Position numbers and translations under genes: made by a program. The notes below the pieces were generated by a model. The model saw only the letters and a program-made list of their open reading frames with translations. It had not been told where the DNA came from and made no database searches. DNA of 63,968 bases, counting the filler, from Octopus bimaculoides (Eukaryota), in assembly GCF_001194135.2 (NCBI RefSeq). It is 6 parts of 6 records of this genome, joined end to end, with 100 filler letters (N's around TTAATTAATTAA, not from the genome) between each part and the next. Parts side by side here need not be neighbours in the genome. Positions count along the whole stretch, not along the records: positions 30,185 to 55,198 come from NC_068991.1; positions 55,299 to 62,734 come from NC_068982.1; 4 more parts are not named here. The stretch is one strand, 5' to 3'. Below, in pieces: positions 48,392 through 62,042 of the stretch (positions are counted from its first letter, which is position 1; each line of letters begins with the position of its first letter).

Positions 48392-48904
48392 ACAATGATC
48401 CCAAAATAACGGTTTCTGTTTTTAAATTCTTTGTGAAAAATATTCTATTGTTAGCAATGTTTAATTATCTGCACCAGTGAGTGGAATGTTCTGGAAAGAA
48501 GGAGGCAAAAAAAAAAAAGAAAATGAAAAAAGAAATGAAGAAAAAAAAAAGAAAAAGAGGGAAATAAATGATAAAAGGAAAATATAAAGAAAAGAAACTA
48601 CAAAAAAAGTTATTGAGAGAGAAAGAAATATGATTTCNNNNNNNNNNNNNNNNNNNNNNNNNNNNNNNNNNNNNNNNNNNNNNNNNNNNNNNNNNNNNNN
48701 NNNNNNNNNNNNNNNNNNNNNNNNNNNNNNNNNNNNNNNNNNNNNNNNNNNNNNNNNNNNNNNNNNNNNNNNNNNNNNNNNNNNNNNNNNNNNNNNNNNN
48801 NNNNNNNNNNNNNNNNNNNNNNNNNNNNNNNNNNNNNNNNNNNNNNNNNNNNNNNNNNNNNNNNNNNATATATATATATATATACATATATATATATGTA
48901 TATA

Positions 48905-49110
48905 TATATCAGCATCATCACCATTTAACGTCCATTGTCCATGCTGGCATGGGTTGGACGGTTTCACTAGAGCTGGCAAGGTGGGGAGCCGTACCAGGAT
49001 CCAGTCTGATTTGGCATGGTTTCTATGGCTGGATGCCCTTCCTAATGTCAACCACTTTAAGAAGTGTGCTGGGTGCTTTTACATGGCATTGCACAGGCAC
49101 TTTTACATGG
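48905..49110 (-). mobile_element. Family G repeat copy
   Basis: catcatcaccatttaacgtccattgtccatgctggcatgggttggacg...ggatgcccttcctaa. Confidence 0.7.
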
Positions 49111-49972
49111 AACTGCCATATATATATGTATTGTGGTTGTTGCTGTTGTTGTTAAATCTTAGGTTAGCTTTGATCAAATAGACAGACTTATGATACCTGA
49201 AGGTGTTCCCAGGTGTGACTGATGACTGACTATCCAATCATATATATATATATGTATGTATGTATATATATACATGCATGCATATATAAATACATACATA
49301 TATGCCTAGATATGTGTTATGTCTATCTACCACTCTTCTCTCCCTATATATGTATAGTCAATCCATACATGAACAAGCAAGAAAAAACACGAAAAAACAA
49401 CAATGCAAGCACGTGGAATAAGTACAGTGTTATTGGACGCTCAGGAAAGGAAAGAAAAGATATTTATATATATATATNNNNNNNNNNNNNNNNNNNNNNN
49501 NNNNNNNNNNNNNNNNNNNNNNNNNNNNNNNNNNNNNNNNNNNNNNNNNNNNNNNNNNNNNNNNNNNNNNNNNNNNNNNNNNNNNNNNNNNNNNNNNNNN
49601 NNNNNNNNNNNNNNNNNNNNNNNNNNNNNNNNNNNNNNNNNNNNNNNNNNNNNNNNNNNNNNNNNNNNNNNNNNNNNNNNNNNNNNNNNNNNNNNNNNNN
49701 NNNNNNNNNNNNNNNNNNNNNNNNNNNNNNNNNNNNNNNNNNNNNNNNNNNNNNNNNNNNNNNNNNNNNNNNNNNNNNNNNNNNNNNNNNNNNNNNNNNN
49801 NNNNNNNNNNNNNNNNNNNNNNNNNNNNNNNNNNNNNNNNNNNNNNNNNNNNNNNNNNNNNNNNNNNNNNNNNNNNNNNNNNNNNNNNNNNNNNNNNNNN
49901 NNNNNNNNNNNNNNNNNNNNNNNNNNNNNNNNNNNNNNNNNNNNNNNNNNNNNNNNNNNNNNNNNNNNNNNN

Positions 49973-50026
<54 letters not shown>

Positions 50027-50084
50027 CAATATACACAATATTTAAGTATGAGTCACTAATAATTTCATGCTGTAGAAACAAAAT

Positions 50085-50450
50085 TGTTTGGCTTCTCAAC
50101 CACTTGGTTTCAGGTTCAGTTCCACTCTATGACTCCTAGGGTCAACCAAAGCCTACTGTTTGGACTTTTCAAGATGGAAACTGAAAGAAGCTTGTCATGT
50201 ATTTATGCGTGTATGTATGTGTGTCTTTTTTGTTTGTGTCTGTTTCCCCAACCACTAAACAACCAGTGTTGGTTTGTTTACATTCCTTTAACTTGGCAGT
50301 TCAGCTTTGGAGTCTCATTGAATAAAGTACCAAACTTTGAAAACAAAATAAGTACTGGAGTGAATTTGTTCAACCAAAAGCCTTTGAGGCAGTGCTCCAG
50401 CATGGCGATGACGGGGGGGGGGGCAGTGACTGACGATAAAAGATAAAAAA
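50085..50450 (+). mobile_element. SINE family A, diverged
   Basis: caggttcagttccact...ggaaactgaaagaagc...gcagtgctccagcatggc. Confidence 0.7.
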
Positions 50451-50869
50451 GTACTTTGGTGTGTGTGTGTGTGTGTCTACTTATATATAATTATATATGT
50501 ATTTGTATGTATTATTGTTTGAGTGTCAGCACACAATCATATACATGTATCATACACACACACACACGCGTACATATATATATACATACATATATATATA
50601 TATATATGTATATATACTGTAGTTAATTGTTTCTACTTAGTGTAATTGTTGAGGTTCCCTTCCCTCTAAGTTATCATGAAGGAAACAAAGGAAAGGTCAA
50701 ACTGCTAGGTGAACTTTTGTTGCCTCTATTCATTACCAAATTTATTCTGAGCCAAGGCGGGAGTCTCCTCTACAGGGTTGCATTGCCTGCTAGAAAACAC
50801 AGTCAAATCTCCCTCCCCCCTGCTCCATTTCATAAGCATATTTTTATGCTTTTGTTACCATATTTTCAC

Positions 50870-51330
50870 TGGAGTACACTGCCTTTGTTTCGGTTAATTG
50901 TGAATATAATGACGATTTTAGTAAAATAACTTTGTCATTATTAATCTAGTATTTGGAACTTGAATTAGCATGAAATTTTGATGAAAGGTTTTCATTTAGG
51001 TCACATTAACCCCTTGGTTATCATATTTCTGTTGAAATACTCTGCCTTTGTTTCAATTATTTAAAAAAATAATGAAGAATTTGGTTATTACTAGGCTGGT
51101 ATTTGGAGCCTAAATTAGCTTTTTAATGATGAAATGTTTTGATTTAAATCAACACCAGTCCCTTTGTTACCTTATTTCTTTCTGCTGATATATACTGTGT
51201 TTCTTTGGATTAATTTTGAAGAAAATGAAGAATTTTGGTAAAGGAACTTTGTCATTATTAAGCTGAGTTTTGGAACATAAATTAACATGAAATTTTAGAG
51301 AAAGGTTTTAGTTTTGATTACTTTAAAATG
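50870..51330 (+). repeat. Three degenerate ~155-165-bp tandem units
   Basis: ctgcctttgtttc...aatgaagaattt...actttgtcattatta...tttggaac...aattagcatgaaatttt. Confidence 0.65.
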
Positions 51331-51394
51331 GGAAGATTGAATCACAGAACCAGGTATAGTCTCATGTAGGTTGGCATCAGAAGGTAGAGGTAAA

Positions 51395-51640
51395 AGTAAC
51401 CTTCTTGAGTCTTGCTAGCACATAAGGGCTGGTTTCTTGGTTTCTATGGTGTATAAATTCTCCACCTAGACGGGACGCCAGTCCATCGCAGCGTTACTCA
51501 TTTTCGCCAGCTGACTGGACTGAAGCAATGTTAAATAAAGTGTTTTGCTCAAGGATACAACATGTCGCCTATTCCAGGAATTGAAACCACAGTCTTACAA
51601 TCATGAGTCCAACACCCTAACCACTAAGCCATGTGCTTCT
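51395..51640 (-). mobile_element. SINE family E
   Basis: gccagctgactggactgaagcaatgttaaataaagtgttttgctcaagg box and a tRNA-like head (rc of ggaattgaaacc...ccactaagccatgtgc). Confidence 0.72.
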
Positions 51641-51687
51641 ACCCTAAATATGGGAGAAAATGTGTTGAATAATGTTGTCCTAGACAT

Positions 51688-51725
<38 letters not shown>

Positions 51726-51984
51726 TAAAAAGAGCAAGGTGGTCACTTCTGGAAAGTTTGTGATTATCCATACATTGCCTTTAGTAACAAATCGTATTTG
51801 AGCTGACTGAAGTTATAATAAATAGATGCCTTAACTCATCTTTCACTTTATTGTTGTTCATGATATCTGCAGATATTTTCTTATTAATTTTGAAAAATAT
51901 AACCTTATCTTTTATTACAGAGACATTTGTGTTTTTGAGAATCTAGCTCTTGCAGGGAATTCCATAATCATGTGTCATCATTAC

Positions 51985-52200
51985 ATCATTTTAACATTCA
52001 GTTTTCCATGCTTGCAAAATGGGTCAGATGAAGTTTGTTGAAGCAGATTTTTTTCTATGACTGGATGCTCTATCTGTCACCAACCTTCATCTGTGTTTCC
52101 AAGCTACGTTATATCTCTCCTTGTTCTCTGAAAAATAATAACCTGCTCAGTGAATGGTCAGACATGTTTTCAAGGAAGATTGCAAATGAATGATATTAAT
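51985..52200 (-). mobile_element. Family G-like degenerate copy
   Basis: catcattttaacattcagttttccatgcttgc...ctggatgctct. Confidence 0.5.
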
Positions 52201-52561
52201 TGAATAATATGTGTTTGAAGAATATAGCAGAAATGTTCACCTTCTTTGGAAACAGGTGACTGTTGGCTAAGAAAGAATATCCAGCCCTAAGAAATCTGTC
52301 TCAGTGAGTTTTTGTCTGACCCAAGCAACATTGATAATCAAAGTAGTGATATCTGTCTGTCTGTCTGTTTATCTGTCTATCAGTCTATCTATCTGTCTGT
52401 CTGTCCAACTATATATCTATCTGCCTATGTGCTTATCACTGTCTTTCTCATACTATATATATAAATATTCTAATGTTTATTACATACACAATTGAGCATG
52501 TATACAAATGTGTGTGTGTATGTATGTGTTTACATATAATATATGTGTGTGTGTGTGTATA

Positions 52562-52646
<85 letters not shown>

Positions 52647-53290
52647 TATATACATATATTATGGATTCTCCTGTCATTTGATAACATATGAGAGATCTTC
52701 ACAGAAAGCCTGAATGTGTATACATAATTTTATATATACTCAATATAAATTGTAATACCCCTATTTGTGTTAAATCTCAATTTTATACTTTTAAGATTAT
52801 ACTTAGAGAGAGTAATGTTTGTATGTATATATGTGTATGTATATGTATGTATGTATGTCTGTATGTATGTATGGCTCAACAGCCCTCGCCGTTTGTTTTT
52901 ACTACCTTGTTCCCACTGTCCTGTTCTTATTAACACTTTCACCCTCCGCAAAAAAATCCTGAATTTTATTTAATTTGCTTTGCGGGAAGGACTGTTCCAA
53001 CGAAGTCGNNNNNNNNNNGTCTTCGAAACGCGGAGTAGATAGAACAGGGACAACTGATGAAGGGGAATGTTCTTTATGTTGCATGTCTCGTTTCTCTGTT
53101 TTTTTTGTTGTTCGAAAAAAAGTTCGTTTTCTGTCCTCGTCTTTATGTTTTTGTTTCTCATTTGTGTTTAACGTTTTTTTATGTCCTGTACCCATATATG
53201 CATGTATGTATACATATAGATGTAAGTATGTACATATATGCATAGATATATGCATATATTTATATATTATTCATATTATGTATATGTATG

Positions 53291-53367
<77 letters not shown>

Positions 53368-54193
53368 AGGTTATATGCTTCCAGCTGGTGATCTGATGAG
53401 TCCGATATTGTTAAGAGCATAGCTGCAAAACCAACGGTAACATTCTGACTGGCCATGACCAAAGACTACATTATATATATGTACATATGTATGTATGTAT
53501 GTATGTATGCATGCATGCATATATATGTATGTGTCTGTGTAAGTATGTGTCTGTGTAAGTATATATATATATATATATATATAAATATATATATGTACAC
53601 ACACAGACATATATATATATATATATATGTATATATGCACACATGCTCGCACACACACACATACATACATACATACATACACATAGGACACATGTACATA
53701 CATATATGCACACAAACATAACTATGTAGAAACTGGCATCATGCTGAATGATAATGTTTTCCTGTCTATCTCAGTTTCTTTCTCTCTCTATCTCTCTCTC
53801 TCTCTCTGTCTCTCTAATATATACATCTCTCTAATATATACATTCTTCACTGTAATCTCTCTGTTAGTTCCATCCATTTTATCTTTTCTCTCTCAGCCAT
53901 CTTCCCTCCCTCCCTCCCTCCTGACATTACCCTCTCAATTCCACATACCCACTAGGCATTGACACATACACATGCACATACACACACAAAAGGAGGTAAC
54001 AAGTTCTCTTCCNNNNNNNNNNNNNNNNNNNNNNNNNNNNNNNNNNNNNNNNNNNNNNNNNNNNNNNNNNNNNNNNNNNNNNNNNNNNNNNNNNNNNNNN
54101 NNNNNNNNNNNNNNNNNNNNNNNNNNNNNNNNNNNNNNNNNNNNNNNNNNNNNNNNNNNNNNNNNNNNNNNNNNNNNNNNNNNNNNNNNNNNN

Positions 54194-54252
<59 letters not shown>

Positions 54253-54704
54253 TATTGTATGTAAAATGTATAGTTTATTTGCCCCTAGTGTATACATGTT
54301 TGTGTAATTATATGCGTATATAGGTCTCTTTGTGGAAGTGTGAGTATATTATGTGATTATGAATATATGTATGCGTGTTTATGTGTGTGTGTGTGTGTAT
54401 AAACTATATATGCATGCACCTGTGTTTATGCACGTGTGTGTGTGTGTGTGTGTGCCATTGTGCCTCCATCTTTATATATCACAATATATCTAAGAAAATG
54501 TATGCAAGTATGTTCCTGATATATATATATATATATATGTATATATNNNNNNNNNNNNNNNNNNNNNNNNNNNNNNNNNNNNNNNNNNNNNNNNNNNNNN
54601 NNNNNNNNNNNNNNNNNNNNNNNNNNNNNNNNNNNNNNNNNNNNNNACGTTATAAAAATAAAACTACTGAACAATAATAATAATAACAATAATAATCCTT
54701 TCTA

Positions 54705-54915
54705 CAATAATGATTTCAAATTTTGACACAAGTCCAGCAATTTCGGCGGGTAGGGGTAAGTCGAATATACCAAACCCAGTGTTCAACTGGTGCTTATTTT
54801 ATGAATCTAGAAAGGATGAAAGGCAAAGTCGACCTCGGCAGAATTTGATCTCAGAACATAAGAAGAACTGAAATGCAGCAGATCTTCAGGGAAGATGCTC
54901 CCCACCCTTCACCGT
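54705..54915 (-). mobile_element. SINE family B
   Basis: tttcaaattttgacacaag...gaaaggatgaaaggcaaagtcgacctcggcagaattt. Confidence 0.78.
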
Positions 54916-55153
54916 GCTGGTGTTTTGGTCCTGAACTCCTTATATAAATATATATATGTATACATGTGTATATGTATATATATATGTGTATATGTATATA
55001 TATGTGTATATGTGTATATGTATATATATTTATATATGTATATGTATATTCATATATGTATATGTAGGTATATATGTCTATATATATGTATGTATATAAA
55101 TGTATATATGTATGTTTATATATATGTATATATGTATATTGATATATATATTC

Positions 55154-55198
<45 letters not shown>

Positions 55199-55759
55199 NN
55201 NNNNNNNNNNNNNNNNNNNNNNNNNNNNNNNNNNNNNNNNNNTTAATTAATTAANNNNNNNNNNNNNNNNNNNNNNNNNNNNNNNNNNNNNNNNNNNNCC
55301 ATTGCTTCAAATTGTCCGCCTACGGCGGAAGAAAAACTGCTGGCCTTTTTCTCTTCCTTGGTTACTTCTGGGTCTACTTGAAATACATGTGTATTATTAA
55401 AACAAATTTCTTCTTGTAAAAGAAGAAAGTCCTCATCACACAGTAGAAAGGTCATTTCATTATCCATATTGAAAAAGTTTTCGTTTTACACGATGGTAGT
55501 TTGCTATCTCTCTAAAAGAGAGCAGCAAAAAAGAAAATTTTTGCCCCGCAGGGCGCAATTCAGTAGGAACAACAGTTGAAACTTGACAGAAATCACACCA
55601 AACAGCAACAAAAAGGACAGAAACAACTCACTAAACTAGGCAGAAGCAATTCAAAGCAGTACGACGAGCCGGAAGTAGCTCACCAGCTGGATAGGGTAGC
55701 CTGTTTCGCCTTCACAAACTTATGTAAAACATAGTGAAGTTCATTTACTGATCAGCAAA

Positions 55760-56151
55760 ATTAGAAATATAATATTTCTAAATCTCTCAGAGAGATTTAA
55801 GCAGTAGTGGAGCGATAAAGTTGTAATATATTGTCAACTTAATGTGACAATCCCAATAAGGGAACACACTACTGCCGTTTAGCCCTAGGAAGCTGGACCG
55901 CTTCCTGTCGGCCTTGACACAATTACTGTGTCCTTAAGTTTGTGAAGGGGAGACAAGCTCCCCCACCCAGCATTCAGGGACATGTTTCTGAGTCTTTGCT
56001 TTCAAGGCCGACAGGAAGCGGTCCAGCTTCCTAGGGCTAAACGGCAGTAGTGTGTTCCCTTATTGGGATTGTCACATTAAGTTGACAATATACTACAACT
56101 TTATCGCTCCACTACTGCTTAAATCTCTCTGAGAGATTTAGAAATATTATA

Positions 56152-56159
<8 letters not shown>
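55760..56159. repeat. Near-perfect 158-bp inverted repeat with 84-bp spacer and nested palindromes
   Basis: Arms 55760-55917 and 56002-56159 differ at one position by eye (gttgtaat vs gttgtagt). Confidence 0.92.
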
Positions 56160-56182
<23 letters not shown>

Positions 56183-56394
56183 AGTAAACACACACACATA
56201 TATATATATATATTCAGTGAGAGAGACAGAGAGAGAGGGAGAAAGAGAGGGAGAGAGAGAGAGCATTTAGACTAAAACATATTGAGGATGATGTATAACT
56301 GTATACTTAATAAACCTAACGTTTTATTAATCTACCCTTTACACTTATCTAATAAAATATCGTAATAAATATAATAGTTTTCACATAATGAAAG

Positions 56395-56695
56395 GCGCAG
56401 GTGTAAGAAGCTTGTTTCTCAGCCACATAGTTCCAGGTTCAGTCCCAGTGCGTGGAAACTTGAGCAAGTGTTCTCTAATATGGCTTAGAGCCGACCCAAG
56501 CCTTGTGAGTATATTCGATAGACGGAAACTGAAAGAAGCCAGTCGTATATATTGTATGTATGTGTGTTTGTTCCCCCCCCCCCATCGCTTATGCTTACAA
56601 AGACTTACAAAGTCTTGTGATCGATTTATTCGACTAAATGCGGTGCTCCAGCATGGCTGCAGTCAAATGATTGAAACAAATAAAAGAATAAAAGT
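56395..56695 (+). mobile_element. SINE family A
   Basis: ggcgcaggtgtaagaagcttg...ggttcagtccc...gacggaaactgaaagaagcc...gcggtgctccagcatggctgcagtc. Confidence 0.78.
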
Positions 56696-57126
56696 ATAAT
56701 TCCATTACCTGGGTTTAATATTAATGCCTATGTCCCTTCTTTTGATTGAACCAAACCCATTTACCTCCTATATAACATAAAGAGTTTTAACGTCTTGACT
56801 AATCGTTAATGAATTCTTTAACAACCGCACCTTATTTAATTCAATTTAAGTTAATTTTATTTAGTTCAACTTAAATATTGTAAACCTGATAGGTCCAAAA
56901 TAGAGAACAGAGGTTGGCATTCATTTATGATTATGTTATACATCAAGTTGCGCTCCGCTACGCTTCATTTAGTTAATTTCAAATCCTTTCTCTGTATTAA
57001 CTTATGTGCTTACTTTCTTCTCATTGATTAAAGTAGTGGATACATTGGAGTAAATTACATTTTTCTTTTTATTCACTGTACTAGCATACTTTAAAACCTG
57101 ATGACATCTTGATCTACTTTCTTTTA

Positions 57127-57170
<44 letters not shown>

Positions 57171-57599
57171 ATATCGATTATTCTTATTATCTCTCTCTTT
57201 TTTTATATGTATGCGTGTGTATATATTTATACGTGTATATGTGTGAGTGTGTTTGTGTTTGTGTGTGTGTGTATATGTGTGTGTGTGTGCATGTGTGTGC
57301 GCGCGCGCGTGTATGTGCGTGTGTGTACCTCGTCAGCTAGTTTTCGGATGTTGCATTTTTCTCAGTGCTATTGCCCGGCATATTTATCAAACTGCTTTAA
57401 CAAGTTTTATTTCATGGTCCTCCAACTGACTGTATCCTTTGTATTGTTTTAAAGTTTACCCATTCATAATGTATTTTTAATATTGTAGCATTTAACTTGA
57501 AGAATGGCTTCAAGTGAAGATGCACTCTTTTTGTTGGATGGAAATTATTTTCTGCCCAGCTGTAAATTGTTGATCGCAAACAATAACAATTAATTCAAT

Positions 57600-58740
57600 A
57601 TTGACGATGGAGTTGTGTACGCACATAATAATACCATGCTGGCTCCCGATTTTCAAAGTACAAGATCGCCCTATTCACAGGACGACTATCAATTATGATG
57701 CTGAACTTCACATGAAACAGTTTTCGGATATTAGAATTTTTCCCGATCAACAAGTTAAAGTACTTCGATATACATGACCATACCATATTGTTTATTGCAA
57801 GATATTCCTAAGGAATATTGATATGAATGGGCTTAGGTTTGTCTTTTGTAACATCAGGAAAATCTTTCCTCTTCGATTGTAATGTTAACGGTTAGAGAGG
57901 ACGAATTGTAGAAAAGTAAGAGCTTTGGAAGTCCAAAATCATCATGAAATCTGGCACGATATACACAGTATTTCTCATGGTTGGTGAAGACTAATTTTTT
58001 AAACATTTCTAAGTCAGTTGTAAAATGTTTCTAACTCTATTCTTTCGAGTGAGGGTTTATTTTCTACACGTTATCAATGTCTTTCTATAACAACAGATAT
58101 TTTGCGATCGAGAGAGAATGCTCTTTTCTCAGGCGTACATCATTTGCATAATTTATTTTTGTTGCGATTTTGCTGAATTTTATCTATTCATTTGCTTGAT
58201 TGATGTTGCGTCGTTATCCAATTCTAAAAGACTCAGAGATATTATGTAGTTTCTTCGAAAATTTACTTTCTATGCTCTTTGCTTCTAATTAAATAGTTTT
58301 ATACGAGTTTACCATAAGAATACAGACATGTGTTTCAGATAACGTTCTCCTATTGATGTCTCTTCCTTAATTACATCTGCTGGTGTAGCTTTTAATGCTG
58401 ATATTATAGTTTCGAACTAAGTTTCCTTCTGCTCTCTTTTTATCACTAATTCCTTACTAAATATAATACAGTCATTAATTAGCATTAAAGTTCCAGATGT
58501 TTCCCCAAAAACCTCCAGGCGTATGAAGAAATCCAGTTGTCCTTTCCCTGTCGGAGCATAGATGGACACCAATCTGAAAGCATCTCCGTCACCACTGTTC
58601 CGATATAGGCCCAACAGCTTACCTTCTGAATTCAGGAATATGATCATTATCGTGAGATTCAAACCATTTTCCGGATGATATGAAGATATATCCAAAAGTC
58701 TGGTCTCAAACATAGCCATGACATTTGAACTTAGTGAACT
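57600..58740 (-). mobile_element. Highly decayed L1/Tx1-like LINE, apurinic-endonuclease region
   Basis: DGDAFRLVSIYAPTGKGQLDFFIRLEVFGETSGTLMLIND resembles the APE motif FRLVxVYAP...LVLxGD. Confidence 0.55.
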
Positions 58741-60764
58741 CAGGTCATTGAGTAGGTGGCCCTGTATTTAAAGCGACTCCAAATCGTATGCATTTTCACA
58801 GTTTATTCTGAACATGTATATTTTTTTTTCAAAGTGAAGCAGACTGAAGAGAATGGAGACAGGCGTTCTGTTCTTCTGGTTAATTGTGTGTGTGTCCACA
58901 AGCATTTTATGTACGGAATCTTACTTTTATTGTCACAAGGGAGTATCCCATTCCTCTACGATATTTTGCTTTAATTTCTTCAAAATTTTGTTGTGTTGCT
59001 TTTATAATTTTTTTTAAACAGGGGTTTCATGGATGTATGACGTAATCACTAAGAGTAATGTCTCTGTATTTTTGAATAAATTTTGTTAAGTTCTTGCTGT
59101 TTACATCTATGACTGTAACCGATGATGCATTAGAAGTGCACTTAATATTGATGTTCTGGATTGTGCTTTTGTTTGTTGAGTTATTTCTAATGATCGAGGT
59201 TTTTGTAGTGTTGGGGATGTTTGTAATTGTGTTGGTGAAGACAGGGTAAGTGTATGATGGTTCGTTGGTTTCGTGTATCTCTTCTGCTGATCATTTCCTT
59301 TTCAGTCTTGTACCACGCTTTTCATTTTGTAATTTGTTTCATTTCCTTGCAGCATGGTCCATGGCTGTTTTACCAAAGTCTTTTTCTTCTCTAGACGAGT
59401 TTTTCCAGTCAGAGGAATCGATAGGAGTGCGATGTGTCATGTCTGAACAGTCGTGCAGTTCTAAGCTGGTGGTTTGGTCGACAGGTGTGGGTGAGGTTAC
59501 TATAGTACAGTTGATGTTATTGATTTTCGTGGGGGTGGTACCGGTAATTATTGTTGATGTTGTTGAATGGATTTCTCCTGCTGCTCCTTCTGTTGATGCT
59601 GTTGTGGTTTTGGATGCTGCTGGTCTTGGCACTGAGGCTATTGGTGCCGTCACACACACACGCACGCACACACACAAACAAACGCACACACACAGACGCG
59701 CGCACACAAATACATAATAGATAAAAGTCAAAGTAAGACAAAAATGAGAGACATATAAAGATGTAGTTCGTCTTGATAACATCCATAAAAGCTGTTATAT
59801 CAAGTGTGCTACTAAATATGTAATTCGTTTGTATGCTGCCAATGTGATGAATTGTTGCAGAATTATTTATATTGCTCACTATGCATTTTGTAAATATACC
59901 TATTATGTGAAAACGATGGATAGGGATAAAGGAAAAGGTTTAAGTCAGTGAAGGACGCGTGGAGAAATACAGATCTAGAGTTTCAAACGTTGACGATAGT
60001 TATGAAAATAAGGTTATGCTGCTGGACACCTTAAAATGAACGAACTATATCTTAGCATATTGAAAAACCAGCATGTACTCACATAACTGCATACGCACAA
60101 ATTCACTCATAAGAATGTGGGACAAACACATACACCCGTACTCATGTCCACATACACACATAAGCACATGCCCACTCGTCTACGTATACATGCGAACATA
60201 CACACGCATCCAACCTCACCCATTCACACGCATCCAACCTCACCCATTCACACGCCCTTCAGACTGCCTCTCAAACACCTTTCAAACTGCGACGACTCAC
60301 TACCGACCATCCCATCTGCGCACAATTTAAAAAAAGACATATACACTCACAGCTACCCTTCCATACACCTGTCCCCAGAGCTGCTGATCTTTCGCTACAA
60401 GATTAACAGACATACACAGACCACTCACACAAACACATGTTAGCAGCTGGTACCATACACACTACACGCAATACTTACACAGTTACCACCATATACATGC
60501 ACTCACTCACGCACTTACACGCGCTACCAAGCACACACACAACCATCACCACACATACACACACACACAGTTACTGCCAAACACACACGCTGCCATACAC
60601 ACACATGCCACCACACGTCACACGCGCTCCCACCCACACGCTCATACACTCACACATGCACACAGATACCAACCATTCTTTGCACTCTCCTGTCCCAGAA
60701 AGGACTCTCTCTTTATCCATCTACTTCCATTCATTTCAAAAAAGTAACTAGATATGAACGGTTG

Positions 60765-60870
60765 GCGATTTCTTTCCCTCTATCTACCTTTTTCTTTTGC
60801 AATTTCCTACGTCTCCTGTTTCTGAAGTAGAGCTATGCTCGAAACGTTAAATAACCACACTTTATTTCCG
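60765..60870 (+). mobile_element. Penelope-LTR-like repeat with a degenerate minimal hammerhead (60817-60853)
   Basis: tgttt-CTGAAGT-A-GAGC(tat)GCTC-GAAAC-GTT-aaata. Flanks are homologous to 39005-39150. Confidence 0.55.
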
Positions 60871-62002
60871 TCTTTGAGCATCTTACTTTGCATGTGCCAC
60901 GCTTTGTTGTTAGTACTCGGCTTTTTTTTATCTGTTCTTTAATTAAGTACACACGCACACGCATTCACACACACACACATATTATTAACAATGAAAAAGA
61001 AAACTGAGATTTATCTCATTCATAACTTTATTTACAGAATCTTCTCCCGGAAAGGAAATGCAAATAACAATTAAAAATGTGAAAATCCCGTTCTCCTAAT
61101 TAATATTAATATTATTACATGCTCTACGTAACATATGCAGTCCTGAACAAGAAATTCAGATTTACCCAGCGAGAAAAGCTACCCGAGCCTAACAATTTAT
61201 TGTTAGATAAGATACCATATAAAGAGATTTATGGGTAGCCACTATCTGAAACCGACTGGAGAGAAAACACGGTAATCGTCAGGATAATACTTCCTTTTAA
61301 ACACGTTTTTAAATTATATATATATTATATATATATATANNNNNNNNNNNNNNNNNNNNNNNNNNNNNNNNNNNNNNNNNNNNNNNNNNNNNNNNNNNNN
61401 NNNNNNNNNNNNNNNNNNNNNNNNNNNNNNNNNNNNNNNNNNNNNNNNNNNNNNNNNNNNNNNNNNNNNNNNNNNNNNNNNNNNNNNNNNNNNNNNNNNN
61501 NNNNNNNNNNNNNNNNNNNNNNNNNNNNNNNNNNNNNNNNNNNNNNNNNNNNNNNNNNNNNNNNNNNNNNNNNNNNNNNNNNNNNNNNNNNNNNNNNNNN
61601 NNNNNNNNNNNNNNNNNNNNNNNNNNNNNNNNNNNNNNNNNNNNNNNNNNNNNNNNNNNNNNNNNNNNNNNNNNNNNNNNNNNNNNNNNNNNNNNNNNNN
61701 NNNNNNNNNNNNNNNNNNNNNNNNNNNNNNNNNNNNNNNNNNNNNNNNNNNNNNNNNNNNNNNNNNNNNNNNNNNNNNNNNNNNNNNNNNNNNNNNNNNN
61801 NNNNNNNNNNNNNNNNNNNNNNNNNNNNNNNNNNNNNNNNNNNNNNNNNNNNNNNNNNNNNNNNNNNNNNNNNNNNNNNNNNNNNNNNNNNNNNNNNNNN
61901 NNNNNNNNNNNNNNNNNNNNNNNNNNNNNNNNNNNNNNNNNNNNNNNNNNNNNNNNNNNNNNNNNNNNNNNNNNNNNNNNNNNNNNNNNNNNNNNNNNNN
62001 NN

Positions 62003-62042
<40 letters not shown>

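Noticed and set aside
59250-59879. Thr/Ser-rich ORFs
   Set aside because: Low complexity, start inside a (TG)n tract, no splice or domain support. At most a decayed LINE ORF1 next to the APE fragment.
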